Shown: positions 62,254 to 64,000 of the stretch, piece by piece
Layout of the letters: each line of letters opens with the position of its first letter
How positions within the stretch are numbered: the stretch's first letter is position 1
Assembly (NCBI GenBank): GCA_964658305.1
Contig: OZ210885.1
Location: forward strand, 19,902,001 to 19,966,000
Length of the DNA: 64,000 nucleotides
Direction: 5' to 3'
Origin: Leptogorgia sarmentosa
Taxonomy: Eukaryota
Translations under genes and position numbers: made by a program
Notes under the pieces: generated by a model
What the model was told of the DNA's origin: nothing
Databases searched by the model: none
What the model saw: the letters and a program-made list of their open reading frames with translations, nothing else

Positions 62254-64000
62254 TTGGTTGTTTACATGGAGCATGTACTAAGTGGATCAACTGACTGGAG
62301 TCGTTGTGTTATTTATCAGAACGACAAAAACGAGCCACTTCGATGTCCTGGGGAATCGATTGCTAAAAGCAATATTGGGGCTGGCTACAAAACCCTAGCT
62401 CAAAACATTGCTGAACTCTCCGACCTTGGGTGCCTGCCAAATGATTTTGACGATGTGTCAAGACTAGACGAGGGAGATGGTTTAGAAGAAACGTTTTCTC
62501 GAAGGCGCGCGAAATGGCATCTCAGTTGTTATGGCAAATTTAATTCCACTAAGGTCCAGCGAGCAAGAAAACGTCGCGCTTCTAGTGATAAGCAGGTAGT
62601 CGGTGGGAAATATACAAGATCAAGTGCATCCACTTCGGTACGGTGTTCGACTGCTGAGGCTGAAAATGCTGCACCAACATGCTTTTTTTGCGGTGAGCCT
62701 GCGACGCGTCAAAAGGCATTGCACCAAGCATCCACCCTCAATCTTGATGTCCGAGTCAGGCAGTGTGCTTACACGCTTCAGGATGAGAGGCTTCTGGCAA
62801 AACTAAGTGAAGGAGATCTTGTCGCTTTAGAAGCCCGTTACCATGCACCTTGTCTCGTATCGTTTTACAAGAAAGCTGGAGTTGCCCAACAGCAAGATAA
62901 AGAAGACGAAGTCCAGAGACCAGACAGTATCGCGCTTGCAGAGCTGGTTTCATATATTGAAGAAAAACGTGCCAGTAGTGATTGTCAACATGATTAAGCC
63001 AGGAGTAGAAAAGACGTTCACCGATTATGCAAATAAATCATTCCTCCTTTTCATCAAAGCCCAGCTTCGCCATGCTGATCGAGTAGATATCGTATGGGAT
63101 GAGTACATTGAGAATAGCTTGAAAGCTACCACTAGAGGTCAACGAGGAACCGGAGTAAGACGCCGCGTCACACCTATTAACCAGCTACCACGTAACTGGA
63201 GTTCTTTTCTTCGAGAGGACTCCAACAAGCGCGAGCTCTTCGTATTTCTGGCAGATTGTGTAAGCTCGCTCGACGTGGATGGCCAAGTCATCACCACACA
63301 TGGGCAAGATGTACGCTGCACAATCCCCAGAGCAACAACCAGCTTGTCCCCTTGTACGCATGAGGAGGCTGACACACGAATGTTGCTTCACGCGGCTGAT
63401 GCGGTGCAGCAAGGTGATCAGAAGATCCTTCTGCGGACGGTGGATACAGATGTCTTGGTGTTGGCGGTCGCTGTATTCCATCATCTGTCGTCTATTCGAC
63501 CCGAGGAGCAGCTTGAGATGTGGGTGGCTTTTGGAACGGGCATCAATCTGAGGTATATTCCCGCACATTCAATCGCAAGTACACTTGGTGAAGAGCGATC
63601 CAAAGCACTGCCTGCCTTTCATGCCTTTACCGGGTGCGATACCGTTTCCTGTTTTGCCGGACGGGGAAAGAAGACCGCAATGGAAGCGTGGAAAGCATAC
63701 CCGGACGTAACAAACGCCTTTTTGTCTTTGTCCTCCCCTATCGCTCAGATCACTGATGGCACCATGGACTTGCTCCAGCGTTTTGTCATCCTGATGTATG
63801 ACCGAACCAGCGATAAGACGAAAGTCAATGATGCGCGGAAGGCACTGTTTTCAAAGAAGGGCAAATCGCTGGATCTGATCCCGCCGACCTTAGCAGCTCT
63901 GTGTGAGCATGCAAAGAGGACCGCACTTCAGGCCGGGCATTGCTGGGGTCAGTGTCTGGTGGTCAGACCTCAGTTGCCAAATCCAGAGGAGTGGGGATGG
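62254..64000 (+). pseudogene. AcademX-type transposon protein (N-terminal Cys-rich part plus XPG/PIN nuclease-like part); central transposase region deleted; runs off the window
   Basis: DWSRCVIYQ...WHLSC...CFFC...ALEARYHAPC. After a junction near 62980: IVNMIKP...DIVWDEY...HEEADTRMLLHA...VDTDV...HAFTGCDTVS...IPPT...WGW, open to the end. Confidence 0.8.

Overview
AT-rich eukaryotic DNA with spliceosomal GT-AG introns. An invertebrate animal, probably a cnidarian, is inferred from the TE repertoire and is not proven. I see no intact host gene; the window is a dense pile of nested, mostly decayed mobile elements. In order: a Kolobok end with THAP; a RAG1/Transib-core transposase tail-to-tail with a spliced chromodomain gene; Crypton-like and EnSpm remnants; a hAT MITE with a 5-bp TSD; a full-length Zator-like element with PHD fingers that splits an AcademH-type RecQ helicase; the right ~13.6 kb of a Polinton/Maverick (intron-containing pPolB, ATPase, protease, capsids, integrase, collagen fibre); a Harbinger shell holding DIRS, Penelope (with hammerhead ribozyme), P, hAT and Ngaro-like inserts; a second, diverged RAG1-like plus partner element interrupted by piggyBac; another Harbinger with a solo LTR; and an AcademX remnant. 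The best novelty candidate is the two-gene RAG1-like transposase plus convergent chromodomain protein unit, seen twice in diverged form. All family calls come from manual motif recognition; no searches were run.
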